Shown here in pieces: positions 52,815 to 62,839 of a DNA stretch of 64,000 bases. The notes below the pieces were generated by a model. That model worked only from the letters and a program-made list of their open reading frames with translations, did no database searches and had not been told where the DNA came from. Positions within the stretch are counted from its first letter, which is position 1; every line of letters starts with the position of its first letter. The stretch lies in sequence record PZ445451.1. One strand, given 5' to 3'. The DNA is from a phage. Made by a program: the position numbers and the translations under genes.

Positions 52815-53567
52815 TTAATATACTTCCGTGATGAACTGAGACAAACGGGAACGTTGGTTATCAGCAGTTGTCATTTCAACATAACCAATAAAATCTACAA
52901 TAGCTTCCCTTTCTCCTTCTTCGTTAATAGGAACAACACGATCTAACAAATCACCTAACCCGTTAGCTCTTCGTTTAATTGCATATGTTTGATTAACATC
53001 GCCCATAATGACAATACGTGTATTAAGACCTGCTCGCTCAAGGAGAAGTTTTACTGTGTTTGGTGACATAAGTTGAACTTCATCAATAAGAATAATGCTG
53101 TTATCCCACGTAGCACCTAGTGCATAGTTCGGAATATTAAGTTCAATTTTGCCACTTGCAATATCGTTTTCCAATTTATTTGCAGTCATAAACTGTTGGA
53201 AAATTCTTTTAGTTGACTCGTAGTGTGCTGCTAGTTTATCAGTCTTATCTCCAGATAAGAAACCGATTTGGTCATCACCTACTTCTGTCGGGTTTTTAAG
53301 GAAAATCAACTTTCTGAAGTCACCAGCTTTAAGCATTTGCAATGCTTTCCATAGTGCTGTTGTCGTTTTTCCTGTTCCTGCTGGGGCATTAACAATGGTT
53401 AAATCATTCCAAACCATGCTTCTTACAATAGCTTCTTGATTCCCAACAGGGGTAAATTCATCAAGACGGTAATCATCATTTCCTACTGCTTTAGCCGCAT
53501 AACGACTGGCACGTTTGTCATCATTGGCTGCTGATTGACGACGAGCCTTTGCGGTTTTATTTCCCAT
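52815..53567 (-). CDS. phoH: PhoH-like ATPase
   Basis: Track ORF; Walker A NAPAGTGKTTTA, Walker B/PhoH motif IILIDEVQ..RIVIMGDVNQT. Confidence 0.8.
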   Translation of the reverse strand: MGNKTAKARRQSAANDDKRASRYAAKAVGNDDYRLDEFTPVGNQEAIVRSMVWNDLTIVNAPAGTGKTTTALWKALQMLKAGDFRKLIFLKNPTEVGDDQIGFLSGDKTDKLAAHYESTKRIFQQFMTANKLENDIASGKIELNIPNYALGATWDNSIILIDEVQLMSPNTVKLLLERAGLNTRIVIMGDVNQTYAIKRRANGLGDLLDRVVPINEEGEREAIVDFIGYVEMTTADNQRSRLSQFITEVY

Positions 53568-53583
53568 GTTTGCACTCCTTATA

Positions 53584-53606
53584 AAAGGGGCTTTCGCCCC
53601 TTTGTT
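53584..53606 (-). terminator. GC hairpin plus T-run (AGGGGCGAAAGCCCCT-TTTAT), bidirectional terminator-like
   Basis: Seen directly between lysozyme and phoH. Confidence 0.5.
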
Positions 53607-54106
53607 TAGTTATAAGCGTCTAATGTTCCAGTTTTAAGCACCTGAATTACACGCTCTGCGCGATTAGGCGTTTGGCGATACCATTTACTTTTACGTAAAT
53701 TTATAGAGGCTTGAGTATAATATGAATTACTCACTAAAGTCAAGCTATTTTTGAAAGATTCTGCACCTTTCAATCCCATTTGAAATACCATATTAATAAT
53801 AGCCATTTTACGATTAGAACTTACTTTATCGTAAATAGGAGATAATATGGTGCTTGAATGGATTTGTTGTATCGCTTTCTTTACGTCACTCTCAAAGATT
53901 CTTCTAGCTTCCGCTTCAGTAATAACTCCATTGGTTTTTCTACCTACTAAGTTATCAAGAATGCGTATAGCTTCTGCTTTATCTTTGAGTTTTGTCAGAA
54001 GGTGTCCAATACCAACTGTCCAATACCCTTCGGTATCAGGATATACAGTTAGCTTTAGTCCTTCATCAAAACGTAACATATCAAACACATCAACTACTTT
54101 AGCCAT
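53606..54106 (-). CDS. e: T4-type lysozyme (endolysin, glycoside hydrolase family 24)
   Basis: Track ORF; [66 protein letters not shown] is near co-linear with T4 gpe ([32 protein letters not shown]...NQTPNRAKRVI..GTWDAY). Confidence 0.9.
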   Translation of the reverse strand: [166 protein letters not shown]

Positions 54107-54118
54107 GTTTTCCTTATA

Positions 54119-54262
54119 TTAGTCGCCATCCCCATGATCTAGCTCTTGAAACAGTAGGTGTTCAGGAGACATTTCACGTTTAGGCTTCGTCTTTTTAGTT
54201 TGGGACTTAAGCTCTGTTGCCAAAGCACGAGAAAAGATCTTACGTTTCTGTTTACCTTTCAT
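54119..54262 (-). CDS. Small basic protein (47 aa)
   Basis: Manual ORF MKGKQKRKIFSRALATELKSQTKKTKPKREMSP..; GGAG SD. Confidence 0.35.
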   Translation of the reverse strand: MKGKQKRKIFSRALATELKSQTKKTKPKREMSPEHLLFQELDHGDGD

Positions 54263-54266
54263 ATTG

Positions 54267-54533
54267 TTACTCCGCAATCTGAGCCATGAATTCACGTAGT
54301 TCAGAAAAACCTCCTACGTGGGTTAGCTGTTCACCATCTTCCACAAAAATCTGAGGAAATGTGCGTGGTAGAACACCTGTTTTCTCTAAAACCAGATTCT
54401 GAATCTGATCTAAAGAATAGTCTTCATCTAAGGTAAGGTATTTAAAATCCTGTTCACGCTGTTCCAGTAGAATCTTAGCGTTAGTGCAGAAAGGACAATT
54501 TGGTTTACCGTAGATAATAAAATTCATTTTCAC
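54267..54533 (-). CDS. nrdC: NrdC-like thioredoxin/glutaredoxin
   Basis: Track ORF; 88 aa, IIYGKPNCPFCTNAKILL..FPQIFVEDGEQLTHVGGFSELREF parallels T4 NrdC (VYGYD..CVYCDNAKRLL..QVFAPDGSHIGGFDQLREY). Confidence 0.8.
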   Translation of the reverse strand: MKMNFIIYGKPNCPFCTNAKILLEQREQDFKYLTLDEDYSLDQIQNLVLEKTGVLPRTFPQIFVEDGEQLTHVGGFSELREFMAQIAE

Positions 54534-55360
54534 TCCTTGTTTAAAAGTATAGTTAAAGTTCTTACAATACCGCTATCAACACTTCGCGGATTTAAAGTAG
54601 GATCTGTTTTTAAATAAGATGTTGCTGGTCTGACTGCTTTGGAATTATAGGTTGAAGCAGATACAGGATTAACTGTAACAGACAAATCTATAACAAGAAA
54701 TATCTTTCGTGCAAAATCATACCAAGAAATATAATCTGCACCTGCATAGTGTACAATTTTACTATTTACACCATCTTTTACAAGTTTAAAAATTGTTTCT
54801 GCAAGATCAGGTGCATAAGTAGGACATGATAAATGATCACATACTACATTAAATTCTTTTTGACCACCGTTGTAGCGTTCCAACATAGTTTTCAAAAAGT
54901 TATGTCCAAATTCACTATAAACAGAAGCTGTTCTGATAATAAGTGCTGTAGGACAAACTGCTTGTACTAAAGTTTCACCTAATTGTTTACTGTAACCGTA
55001 GGTGTTCAAGGGGTTTGTTTTACTCTCTTCTGTGCCAGCAACATGTCCATCAAAAACATAGTCTGTTGAAATATGTACAAACTGTATCAGTAAATCATTA
55101 CATGCTTTGGCAATGTTTGTTGCACCGTATGCATTAACATTTATACAGGTGTTAACATCTTCTTCAGCTTTATCTACTGCCGTGTAAGCCGCACAATTCA
55201 CAACAACATCAGGCACGTGCTGTACAAGACTATTCATAACATCTTTAAAGTTGGTAATGTCTATATCACTTGCTTCAATCAAAATAACATCTTCGGGCGC
55301 AACTTTTGCCAAAGACTGTCCTAATTGACCTTTTGAACCAAAGACTAAAAATTTTGTCAA
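54530..55360 (-). CDS. rmlD: dTDP-4-dehydrorhamnose reductase
   Basis: Track ORF; N-terminal LVFGSKGQLGQSL Rossmann motif, size and operon position after rmlC. Confidence 0.8.
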   Translation of the reverse strand: MTKFLVFGSKGQLGQSLAKVAPEDVILIEASDIDITNFKDVMNSLVQHVPDVVVNCAAYTAVDKAEEDVNTCINVNAYGATNIAKACNDLLIQFVHISTDYVFDGHVAGTEESKTNPLNTYGYSKQLGETLVQAVCPTALIIRTASVYSEFGHNFLKTMLERYNGGQKEFNVVCDHLSCPTYAPDLAETIFKLVKDGVNSKIVHYAGADYISWYDFARKIFLVIDLSVTVNPVSASTYNSKAVRPATSYLKTDPTLNPRSVDSGIVRTLTILLNKE

Positions 55361-55911
55361 AATATGATCTCCTTTAGTGTTTTGGCTTCCTGATCTTTTT
55401 GTGACAAGATAGGTTTAAAATTAATATCATTAAAGATTAAATCAAAACCCCAATCTATATTGATATCTGGATCATTCCACGCAAGACTACACTCTGAAGT
55501 CGGATCGTAATATTCCGTACATTTGTATTCAAAATCAGCAATATCACTAATCACAACAAAACCATGAGCGAAACCAGGAGGAATCCAAAATTGTGTTTTA
55601 TTCTTTTCAGATAAGAGAACACCTACCCATTCTCCAAATGTTGGACTACCAACTCTAATATCTACAGCAACATCATAAACTTCACCACGAACACAACGTA
55701 CTAACTTCCCTTGTGGGTTTTTCTTTTGAAAATGAAGCCCACGTAGAACTCCTCGGATAGAACGTGAATGGTTATCTTGGACAAAGTTTTGTTTACCTAT
55801 GTATTGATCATATAAAGCCTGATTAAAACTTTCTAAGAAAAAGCCACGTTCATCTCCGTAAACGTCAGGTTGAATGATCAACAAATCTTCGATTTTTGTT
55901 GCTTGAATCAT
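55357..55911 (-). CDS. rmlC: dTDP-4-dehydrorhamnose 3,5-epimerase
   Basis: Track ORF; ..DERGFFLESF..RGLHFQ..QGKLVRCVRGEVYDVAVDIR..PPGFAHGF typical RmlC cupin motifs. Confidence 0.85.
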   Translation of the reverse strand: MIQATKIEDLLIIQPDVYGDERGFFLESFNQALYDQYIGKQNFVQDNHSRSIRGVLRGLHFQKKNPQGKLVRCVRGEVYDVAVDIRVGSPTFGEWVGVLLSEKNKTQFWIPPGFAHGFVVISDIADFEYKCTEYYDPTSECSLAWNDPDINIDWGFDLIFNDINFKPILSQKDQEAKTLKEIIF

Positions 55912-55923
55912 TTAATTCCCCCT

Positions 55924-56793
55924 TTATTTTAATTTAAGTAAATACTTACCGTAGTCTGTTTTACTTAAAACCTCTCCAGAACTTTTTACAGAGTCTAAAG
56001 TAATCCATTCATTTTTAAAAGCAATCTCTTCCAGGCATGCAACCTTCATACCTTGTTGCTTCTCTATTGCATGAACAAATTGAGATGCTTCCATAAGACT
56101 TTCATGTGTTCCTGTATCCAGCCAAGTGAAACCTCTTCCTAGTTTACAGACACGTAAAGTCTTTTCTTTCCAGTACATCTCATTTATATCCGTAATCTCT
56201 AACTCCCCTCTAGCAGAAGGTTTAACGCTCTTAGCTTTCTGTATAACAGAATTATCGTAAAAGTACAAGCCTGTGATTGCGTAGTTGCTTTTTGGTGTTT
56301 TTGGTTTTTCTTCAATACTCACCACTGTACCTTCAGAATCAAACTCAACAACACCAAATCTTTCAGGATCATTTACGTGATACCCAAAAATATTAGCTCC
56401 ACCATTCTTTTCAATATGTTCTTTAGCAGAATCTAAAATGCTACCAAAACTCTGACCAAAGAACAAATTATCACCTAGAACAAGTGCTACAGAATCTTCA
56501 CCAATAAAGTTCTCACCAATAATAAATGCTTCTGCTAAACCTTTTGGGCTGTTCTGTACTGCATACTGTAGGGAAATACCAAAAGAAGAACCATCACCTA
56601 AAAGATTTACAAAATTAATTTGATCTTCTGGTGTTGTAATTATTAGTATTTCCCTAATTCCAGAAAGCATTAGGACAGAGAGTGGATAATAAATCATAGG
56701 CTTATCGTAAATTGGTAATAGTTGTTTACTAACCCCTTTAGTAACTGGGTAAAGTCTTGTTCCGCTACCACCTGCTAAGATAATACCTTTCAT
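55924..56793 (-). CDS. rmlA: Glucose-1-phosphate thymidylyltransferase
   Basis: Track ORF; [36 protein letters not shown]. Confidence 0.9.
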   Translation of the reverse strand: MKGIILAGGSGTRLYPVTKGVSKQLLPIYDKPMIYYPLSVLMLSGIREILIITTPEDQINFVNLLGDGSSFGISLQYAVQNSPKGLAEAFIIGENFIGEDSVALVLGDNLFFGQSFGSILDSAKEHIEKNGGANIFGYHVNDPERFGVVEFDSEGTVVSIEEKPKTPKSNYAITGLYFYDNSVIQKAKSVKPSARGELEITDINEMYWKEKTLRVCKLGRGFTWLDTGTHESLMEASQFVHAIEKQQGMKVACLEEIAFKNEWITLDSVKSSGEVLSKTDYGKYLLKLK

Positions 56794-56801
56794 ACTCCTC
56801 C

Positions 56802-57791
56802 TTAAACTTTATTTTCCCACCACTCTTTGTTATCTACATACCAATCAATGGTTGAATAAAGTTTTTCTTCAAATGTGCCTTTAGCTTTCCACCCTAATTC
56901 CTTTTCAATCTTATAAGGATTCACTTCATATCTTAGATCATGTCCAGGTCTATCTGTAACCATCTCAATTAGGCTACAAGCATCTGTTTCAGATGGATAC
57001 ACCGCATCCATATAATCACAAATCATATAGATTACATCAATATTAGTTCTAGGGTTTCTGCTCCCAATATTATATGTTTCTCCAGATTTGCCTTTAGTTA
57101 CTACTAGGTGTAATGCTTCTGCGTGATCGTCAACGTATAACCAGTCTCTTACTTGAAGACCATTGCCATAAACAGGGATTGGTTTATTCATCAAGATATT
57201 TGTTATCGTTTTAGGTATCAGTTTTTCTGGATGATGATATGCTCCAAAATTATTTGAACAATTTGTTATAACTGTCGGAATACCATAAGTACGATGCCAC
57301 GCTCTTACCAAATGATCGCTTGCTGCCTTAGATGCAGCATATGGACTACTTGGCTTATAAGGATTCTGTTCTGTAAACGGATAATCCCCTTCTTCCATAT
57401 CACCATACACTTCATCTGTTGAAATATGATGAAACATTTTAAGATTTGATTTATCTCCCATTAAACGAACAGCTTCTAGAAGATTAAATGTTCCAACAAT
57501 ATTTGAATTTATAAAAACACTCGGTGATGCTATTGAATTATCTACGTGACTTTCTGCTGCAAGATGCATTATATAATCTGGGTTAACATCTGCCACAATC
57601 TTAGCAGTTAACTGAGCATTTGTCAAGTCAACACGACAAAACTTTACATTAGGTGTTTCTGATAAATTTCTAGGGTCTGAAGCGTAACCCCATTTATCTA
57701 TAACGTAAATATCATTCTTAGTATTTTTAGCCAGGAAACGAACTACTGCACTTCCAATAAAGCCTAAACCACCTGTTACTAAGTATTTCAT
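56802..57791 (-). CDS. rmlB: dTDP-glucose 4,6-dehydratase
   Basis: Track ORF; [31 protein letters not shown] (YxxxK), HISTDEVYG. Confidence 0.9.
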   Translation of the reverse strand: MKYLVTGGLGFIGSAVVRFLAKNTKNDIYVIDKWGYASDPRNLSETPNVKFCRVDLTNAQLTAKIVADVNPDYIMHLAAESHVDNSIASPSVFINSNIVGTFNLLEAVRLMGDKSNLKMFHHISTDEVYGDMEEGDYPFTEQNPYKPSSPYAASKAASDHLVRAWHRTYGIPTVITNCSNNFGAYHHPEKLIPKTITNILMNKPIPVYGNGLQVRDWLYVDDHAEALHLVVTKGKSGETYNIGSRNPRTNIDVIYMICDYMDAVYPSETDACSLIEMVTDRPGHDLRYEVNPYKIEKELGWKAKGTFEEKLYSTIDWYVDNKEWWENKV

Positions 57792-58078
57792 TTAGTCTCC
57801 TTCCAATTATTCCCTTCAGTAAAAATAATACCTTCATAAAACAACCATCTGGAACCTTTTTCAACAGGAACAGGAATCTCTTCTTCAGTAAAGTTATAAA
57901 CCTCTCTAGCATCTTCTAAAAGTGATGCAAATGTTTTTGGACTTACTGTTACGCGAGGAGCATTGATCAGTTGATCTAGCATCATTCTACTATCCTCCTT
58001 ACCAAACGTGTTGAGAAATAATAGTTTCCGTTTCAATGTTATATTTTTCAAGAAGTTGTGCGTAGGCTTCTTTTGCAT
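57788..58078 (-). CDS. Hypothetical protein (96 aa)
   Basis: Track ORF. Confidence 0.5.
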   Translation of the reverse strand: MQKKPTHNFLKNITLKRKLLFLNTFGKEDSRMMLDQLINAPRVTVSPKTFASLLEDAREVYNFTEEEIPVPVEKGSRWLFYEGIIFTEGNNWKETK

Positions 58079-58325
58079 TCTTATTTAGTTGCTCAAGATC
58101 TACAGCTATACTTCCTTCGCCACCTTCTAAATAAATGCCATATATGCAATAAGATTCATCAGCATCATAGAAAGGAGAGATACGGCTTAAATCAAGACCT
58201 TCTTGTAAGAACCAATTAAAATCTCCATCAAATTCTTCTTCAATTCTAGGATCTTCTCCTACAGCCTCTTCCCATTTATTAAAAGGTGCACCCTGTAACA
58301 TACGCCATTCAGTGGCAACTCCCAT
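57999..58325 (-). CDS. Hypothetical protein (108 aa)
   Basis: Track ORF; GAGGAGG SD 5 nt upstream of ATG 58325. Confidence 0.5.
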   Translation of the reverse strand: MGVATEWRMLQGAPFNKWEEAVGEDPRIEEEFDGDFNWFLQEGLDLSRISPFYDADESYCIYGIYLEGGEGSIAVDLEQLNKNAKEAYAQLLEKYNIETETIISQHVW

Positions 58326-58461
58326 TATCTTCCTCCTCTTCTTTTTCTTCCGTGTGAACGAAGCCTAAACCGTTACAATTCCAACACGGAATAAATTGTT
58401 CCATACTAACAATAAAATTCCCAGTACCACCGCAGATAGGACAAATACTTACATCATCCAT
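58309..58461 (-). CDS. Mini zinc-finger protein with DnaJ-type CxxCxGxG repeats (50 aa)
   Basis: Manual ORF MDDVSICPICGGTGNFIVSMEQFIPCWNCNGLGFVHTEEKEEEEDNGSCH; GAGGAG SD; overlaps next gene by ~17 nt in another frame. Confidence 0.45.
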   Translation of the reverse strand: MDDVSICPICGGTGNFIVSMEQFIPCWNCNGLGFVHTEEKEEEEDNGSCH

Positions 58462-58463
58462 TA

Positions 58464-58646
58464 TTAAAGCTCCTCAATCTTTTCTAACATCTGTTTTAAC
58501 TCATTCTCTGTTAACAGAATTTCTGTGATACCATCATAAGTTTCTACCATCAGAGTAAAACATTTTTCTCCATCTGAACACACAAAAGCACCACCTTCAT
58601 CTTCTGTTAAGTCAGAATTAATATCCACATCAACAAAATCAATCAT
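58464..58646 (-). CDS. Hypothetical acidic protein (60 aa)
   Basis: Track ORF; start moved to MIDFVDVD (AAGGAG SD). Confidence 0.45.
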   Translation of the reverse strand: MIDFVDVDINSDLTEDEGGAFVCSDGEKCFTLMVETYDGITEILLTENELKQMLEKIEEL

Positions 58647-58857
58647 CTTTTTCTCCTTTGATAATTTCAAACTTGGCTACACCATTAACTATAATGTGAC
58701 CGCAAGACATAACTCCTAGCCAATGATCACCATTCTTTTTTAAACGTTTACCGTAAACATCACAGAAACCATTCTGTAATTCGGAAGCCTCATAAGAGGC
58801 TCCCTTTTCGAAAACGTCTTTGAAGTCAGAAATTAATCCAACACAAAGTAGTTTCAT
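58639..58857 (-). CDS. Hypothetical protein (72 aa)
   Basis: Track ORF immediately downstream of nrdB. Confidence 0.5.
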   Translation of the reverse strand: MKLLCVGLISDFKDVFEKGASYEASELQNGFCDVYGKRLKKNGDHWLGVMSCGHIIVNGVAKFEIIKGEKDD

Positions 58858-59942
58858 TAGAAGTCTAACTCCTCGTCATCACTTACATCTTTATTTGCTG
58901 AATTCAGTTTGTAAGCTGTAATTTGGATCTCCTGTGCTGCTGCTTGAATTTGATCTGGATTTAACCAAACATCCATCCAAGGCAGTGGACTTTTCTTCGG
59001 TGCACGGAATTTGTGTTTCATTTTCAGTCTGCGATAGATAGGCGCGGCATTGAAGTAAACCCAAAGTTTGAACAACTCTGCGTTACCACCAACGATAACC
59101 CTTCCTTCACTAAACAGATAGTCACACCAATCTTCCTCTTGTCCAACTACCGTATCAAGAATTTCTGTCAGAACGTCGATATTATCTTCGTATACTTTTC
59201 TCCAGACAGGATCTTTCAGCAGTGCATCAATAATAGCATAATCCATTTTAACGTGCAATAGTTCATCCAACATAATTTTTTGAATAAGTTTAGCTGCACC
59301 TACAAACAGTTGCTGCTCTGCTAAGGCAAATGTTGCAGCAAAAGATGATATGAATTGAATGCCTTCCAGACCGATAAGTGCAATCATTCCTTTCAGAATC
59401 AGTAGACGAAGGTTATCATCCTTCTCAATCAGACCTAGAGCATATTTATGTCCTGCCTCTGCCAGATCACTCATTATCTCTTCAACTATACCCATCCTCT
59501 GGAAGATTCTTTCGTTCTCCATAATCTGATCGATAACTTCATTTGGATTAGGGATACACTGACGAATAATTTCAGAATATGTCAAAGCGTGTAAAACTTC
59601 CATTTCTGATTGCTTCATCATCATTGCACATGCTTCGTTGTTGCTTAAAAATGGTGCAAACAAAGTGATGATTGATTTAGCAAGTGAATCATTTTCCCAC
59701 TGGAAAGATAGGTTTTTGATCATAACATCATAGTTGCTTTTAGAACAAGCTACGAAATCTTTTCGTGTCTGATCTAAGTTTACTTCGTTTTCATCCCAAT
59801 CTTGCTGTTTTTGTAGTTTGTACAGGCGATGCATTTCTGGGTATGTTACGTTAATAGAATCAAAAATACCTAACTGTTCGCCCAAAAATACAGGGTAGAA
59901 ACCTTCTTTGTAAGTGTCGTTGTATAAATTAATTGCTGCCAT
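58857..59942 (-). CDS. nrdB: Ribonucleoside-diphosphate reductase small subunit (class Ia NrdB)
   Basis: Track ORF; 361 aa, ferritin-like di-iron ligand helices (..EVLHALTYSEII.., ..LEGIQFISSFAATFAL..), acidic C-terminal tail DDEELDF; continuous ORF with no intron. Confidence 0.9.
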   Translation of the reverse strand: MAAINLYNDTYKEGFYPVFLGEQLGIFDSINVTYPEMHRLYKLQKQQDWDENEVNLDQTRKDFVACSKSNYDVMIKNLSFQWENDSLAKSIITLFAPFLSNNEACAMMMKQSEMEVLHALTYSEIIRQCIPNPNEVIDQIMENERIFQRMGIVEEIMSDLAEAGHKYALGLIEKDDNLRLLILKGMIALIGLEGIQFISSFAATFALAEQQLFVGAAKLIQKIMLDELLHVKMDYAIIDALLKDPVWRKVYEDNIDVLTEILDTVVGQEEDWCDYLFSEGRVIVGGNAELFKLWVYFNAAPIYRRLKMKHKFRAPKKSPLPWMDVWLNPDQIQAAAQEIQITAYKLNSANKDVSDDEELDF

Positions 59943-60264
59943 TTAAATCCTCCACAATATCACACATTGCTTTTATTGTATCAATGTGTTCTCTCTCCAT
60001 ACCATTCTCTATGTAAGCCTTCTCTAATGCGTTCCATACACTCTTTGTGAGTAGTACAGTAACCTCTCCCTCATATCTTGCCCTGGTTAAAGCATACCAG
60101 GTAGCTTCGGGATCATTGGAAGCCCATATTTCAACACTGGAAAATTGAAAACCTGCAATATGATGACAACACCAATCGAATGTAAAATCTTTACTATCTA
60201 CCAGTGTATAATTGCCCCAACGCCTTTGTGGTGTTGCCCCAGGTAATACAACTAATGTAGGCAT
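59929..60264 (-). CDS. Hypothetical protein (111 aa)
   Basis: Track ORF; start moved to MPTLVVLPG (AAGGAGG SD) so that the GC hairpin after nrdA is not coding. Confidence 0.5.
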   Translation of the reverse strand: MPTLVVLPGATPQRRWGNYTLVDSKDFTFDWCCHHIAGFQFSSVEIWASNDPEATWYALTRARYEGEVTVLLTKSVWNALEKAYIENGMEREHIDTIKAMCDIVEDLNGSN

Positions 60265-60305
60265 ATTCCTCCTTAAGAAATGGGGGACAAAGCCCCCTAG
60301 CTTCA

Positions 60306-62567
60306 TTACATCTTACAAGACTCACAACCGGATTCTTCATCCTCTTGAGCGAGTGAGGTTGCTGATTTTGTTCGACTATTTAGATAGTACAAAGATTTAC
60401 CACCAAGTTTTGCAAACTGAAGGATATATTGCATTTCTGATTTAATGGATAAACGACCACCTTCCATCTTAGAATAGTCAATCCACTTGTCACATGATGC
60501 ACCTTGATCTAAGAATTTAGTCAACAGTCCATATGCTTCAGCCATATCTTTATCTGGCGTATCCCAAGCCGATTGGTAAATATCTTTTAGTTTATCGTAA
60601 TCTGGCACAATAAACAAGACATTACCTTTTTGGCTTTGTTTATAAACTATAGTATCACGTACAGGATACACAGAGTTAGTCGTATTACTTACAAGACTAC
60701 TGGACTCATTCGGAGCAATAGCTGCTAATACACTATTTCGGATACCACCTTGTGCAATTATATCTTGTCGTAAACCTTCCCAATCCATTTTAAGTTTAAA
60801 ATTGCCAATATCGTCTACAGCTTTAGCGTAGGTATCAATAGGCAACCATCCTTCAGGCCATTTGGTTTTATGCATCCATTCTGCATTACCTTTCTCTTTT
60901 GCCAAACGAAGAGAAGCTCTTGCTAACCAGTAATAATGTATTTCTGCTAATTCGTGAATTAGTTTTTTGCCGTAAGGATCTGAATAAGTAACAAAATTAC
61001 TTGCCAGATAATGTGCAAGGTTTGTAATACCTACACCGATAGACCTACGTGCTTTAGCAGTGATTTCGTTATGTTTAAACGGATACTGCATTGTTTCAAT
61101 CACATTATCAATAGTTAGAACGGTATAATATGCAACATCTTCATATTCTTCTGGTGTAACACGACCAGCTACAATAGAAGACAGGAAGCATAATGCCAAT
61201 TCTTGGTCTTCTGTATTCTCACCTGTGAAAAGATCAGTCATATTGTGAAATGCTTTCGTAGGTAAGAAAATTTCTTGGCACAAGTTTGACTGGTAAATAA
61301 CATCCTTAAACGGAGTATGCTTATTAACATTATCCGCAAAGAACATATAAATACGTCCTGTTTCTGCTCTTTGTGTAATAATTTCTGCCAGAAGATCTCG
61401 TGCTTTTACAAACTTCTTCTTAATTCGTTTGCGACTAACTTTTTCATATACTTCTTCAAACTCTTCCTCGCTTTTATAAAGCGCCTCATAGAGTTCTGGT
61501 GCTTCGTCATAACTGACTAGCATCCAATCTTTACCTTTTGCTGCACGGCGCAGGAAAGCATTGTTTACTACAATAGAGTAATCAAGTTTATCTACTCGTT
61601 TTTCACTAACAGTAGTTGGATTTTTCAAACGTACCAGATCTTCAAAATCAGGTTCCAATATTGTAAACGTTACTGTTGCACTTCCACCACGGCTTGCTTG
61701 TTTTGATGCTCCAACACTTGTTTCCATCCATTTCAGATATGGTAAAAGACCACCGTGAACTATACGGTTGTTCTTAACACCTTGTCCTGTAGCACGGGTT
61801 TGGAGGTTAACACCAATACCTGCATTATTCAATGTATATTCATGAGCAAGATAGTTAGCAATTGCTAAAGATTCTGCTGTATCATCTGCTCTAAACAGAC
61901 AACAAGAAGCACTACCTTTAATCTTAGTACGCAAAGTTGTTAAATAAGGTGATGGTAAATTAATCTTAAGATCACTTACGTAGGTATATAGACGTTTAAT
62001 GTCTTCTACTCTGCGATCTTTTGGTTGAATTTCCATTACCTTCATTGCTACACCAATGAATAAAAACTGTGGTGATTCAAAAACCACATCATTGATCGCA
62101 TCTTTCACAAGATACTTATCAACCATCTGGCGCAGTACGGAATAACCATAAGTTAGGTTTTTATCATGATTGATAATTTTACCAATCTCAATAATTTCTT
62201 CTTCTGTATAATCCATTTTCCCCCAATAGCCTTTACTTACAGACATATTGTAGAAATCCAGGAGGGAGGGGATATTGTGATATCCCCCATGAGCCTGTTT
62301 ATAGATCATACCAAGAAGTAACCGACCTGCCATATCACTATATGCCTGATCTTTCTTATCAATACATGCTGCTATCATAGCTTTATGTAAATCACGAGTA
62401 GGCACACCGTCGTAACAACGTTTAACAGCTTCGAGTTCAATTTCAGACCAATTTAATTTACCAGCAGCAAACTCTGACCATTTACGAAGTTTTTCTGGAT
62501 TAAATTCTTCTTTCTTGCCGTTTGTTTTTGTTACATAACGGATAGATTTGCTTAGATACTGAGTCAC
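60306..62567 (-). CDS. nrdA: Ribonucleoside-diphosphate reductase large subunit (class Ia NrdA)
   Basis: Track ORF; 753 aa, N-terminal ATP-cone-like segment, C-terminal Cys pair ..SGCESCKM, gene order nrdA-nrdB. Confidence 0.9.
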   Translation of the reverse strand: MTQYLSKSIRYVTKTNGKKEEFNPEKLRKWSEFAAGKLNWSEIELEAVKRCYDGVPTRDLHKAMIAACIDKKDQAYSDMAGRLLLGMIYKQAHGGYHNIPSLLDFYNMSVSKGYWGKMDYTEEEIIEIGKIINHDKNLTYGYSVLRQMVDKYLVKDAINDVVFESPQFLFIGVAMKVMEIQPKDRRVEDIKRLYTYVSDLKINLPSPYLTTLRTKIKGSASCCLFRADDTAESLAIANYLAHEYTLNNAGIGVNLQTRATGQGVKNNRIVHGGLLPYLKWMETSVGASKQASRGGSATVTFTILEPDFEDLVRLKNPTTVSEKRVDKLDYSIVVNNAFLRRAAKGKDWMLVSYDEAPELYEALYKSEEEFEEVYEKVSRKRIKKKFVKARDLLAEIITQRAETGRIYMFFADNVNKHTPFKDVIYQSNLCQEIFLPTKAFHNMTDLFTGENTEDQELALCFLSSIVAGRVTPEEYEDVAYYTVLTIDNVIETMQYPFKHNEITAKARRSIGVGITNLAHYLASNFVTYSDPYGKKLIHELAEIHYYWLARASLRLAKEKGNAEWMHKTKWPEGWLPIDTYAKAVDDIGNFKLKMDWEGLRQDIIAQGGIRNSVLAAIAPNESSSLVSNTTNSVYPVRDTIVYKQSQKGNVLFIVPDYDKLKDIYQSAWDTPDKDMAEAYGLLTKFLDQGASCDKWIDYSKMEGGRLSIKSEMQYILQFAKLGGKSLYYLNSRTKSATSLAQEDEESGCESCKM

Positions 62568-62578
62568 TTCCTCTCCTA

Positions 62579-62839
62579 TTAATTGTGCATGTTTAGAACA
62601 TCTACATCATAACCGCCACGCATCTCATTATATAAGCCATTTGCGTATAGAAAACCTTCAAAATGATCTATACCTTCAAAACCTTTTGCCTTTGCTTTGC
62701 GGTCTGCTTCTTGTCTTTTTGGGGATAATCTTTTAGATGTATCAAGGATAACTGTTACATTGCAACCTAATGTTTCATCAAAATAGACTTCAATTTCACA
62801 GCCTTCATATTTATTACTTTCTGTCATTTGGCCTCTCAA
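62579..62839 (-). CDS. Hypothetical protein (86 aa)
   Basis: Track ORF. Confidence 0.5.
   Translation of the reverse strand: MRGQMTESNKYEGCEIEVYFDETLGCNVTVILDTSKRLSPKRQEADRKAKAKGFEGIDHFEGFLYANGLYNEMRGGYDVDVLNMHN

Noticed and set aside
58857-59942. Group I intron in nrdB (as in phage T4)
   Set aside because: The nrdB ORF is continuous across its full length with all conserved blocks in one frame
60281-60297. Coding use of the GGGGGACAAAGCCCCC hairpin by the longer form of ORF 59929..60306
   Set aside because: An internal Met with a strong AAGGAGG site lies just downstream, so the hairpin is more likely a terminator or processing site after nrdA than part of a coding sequence
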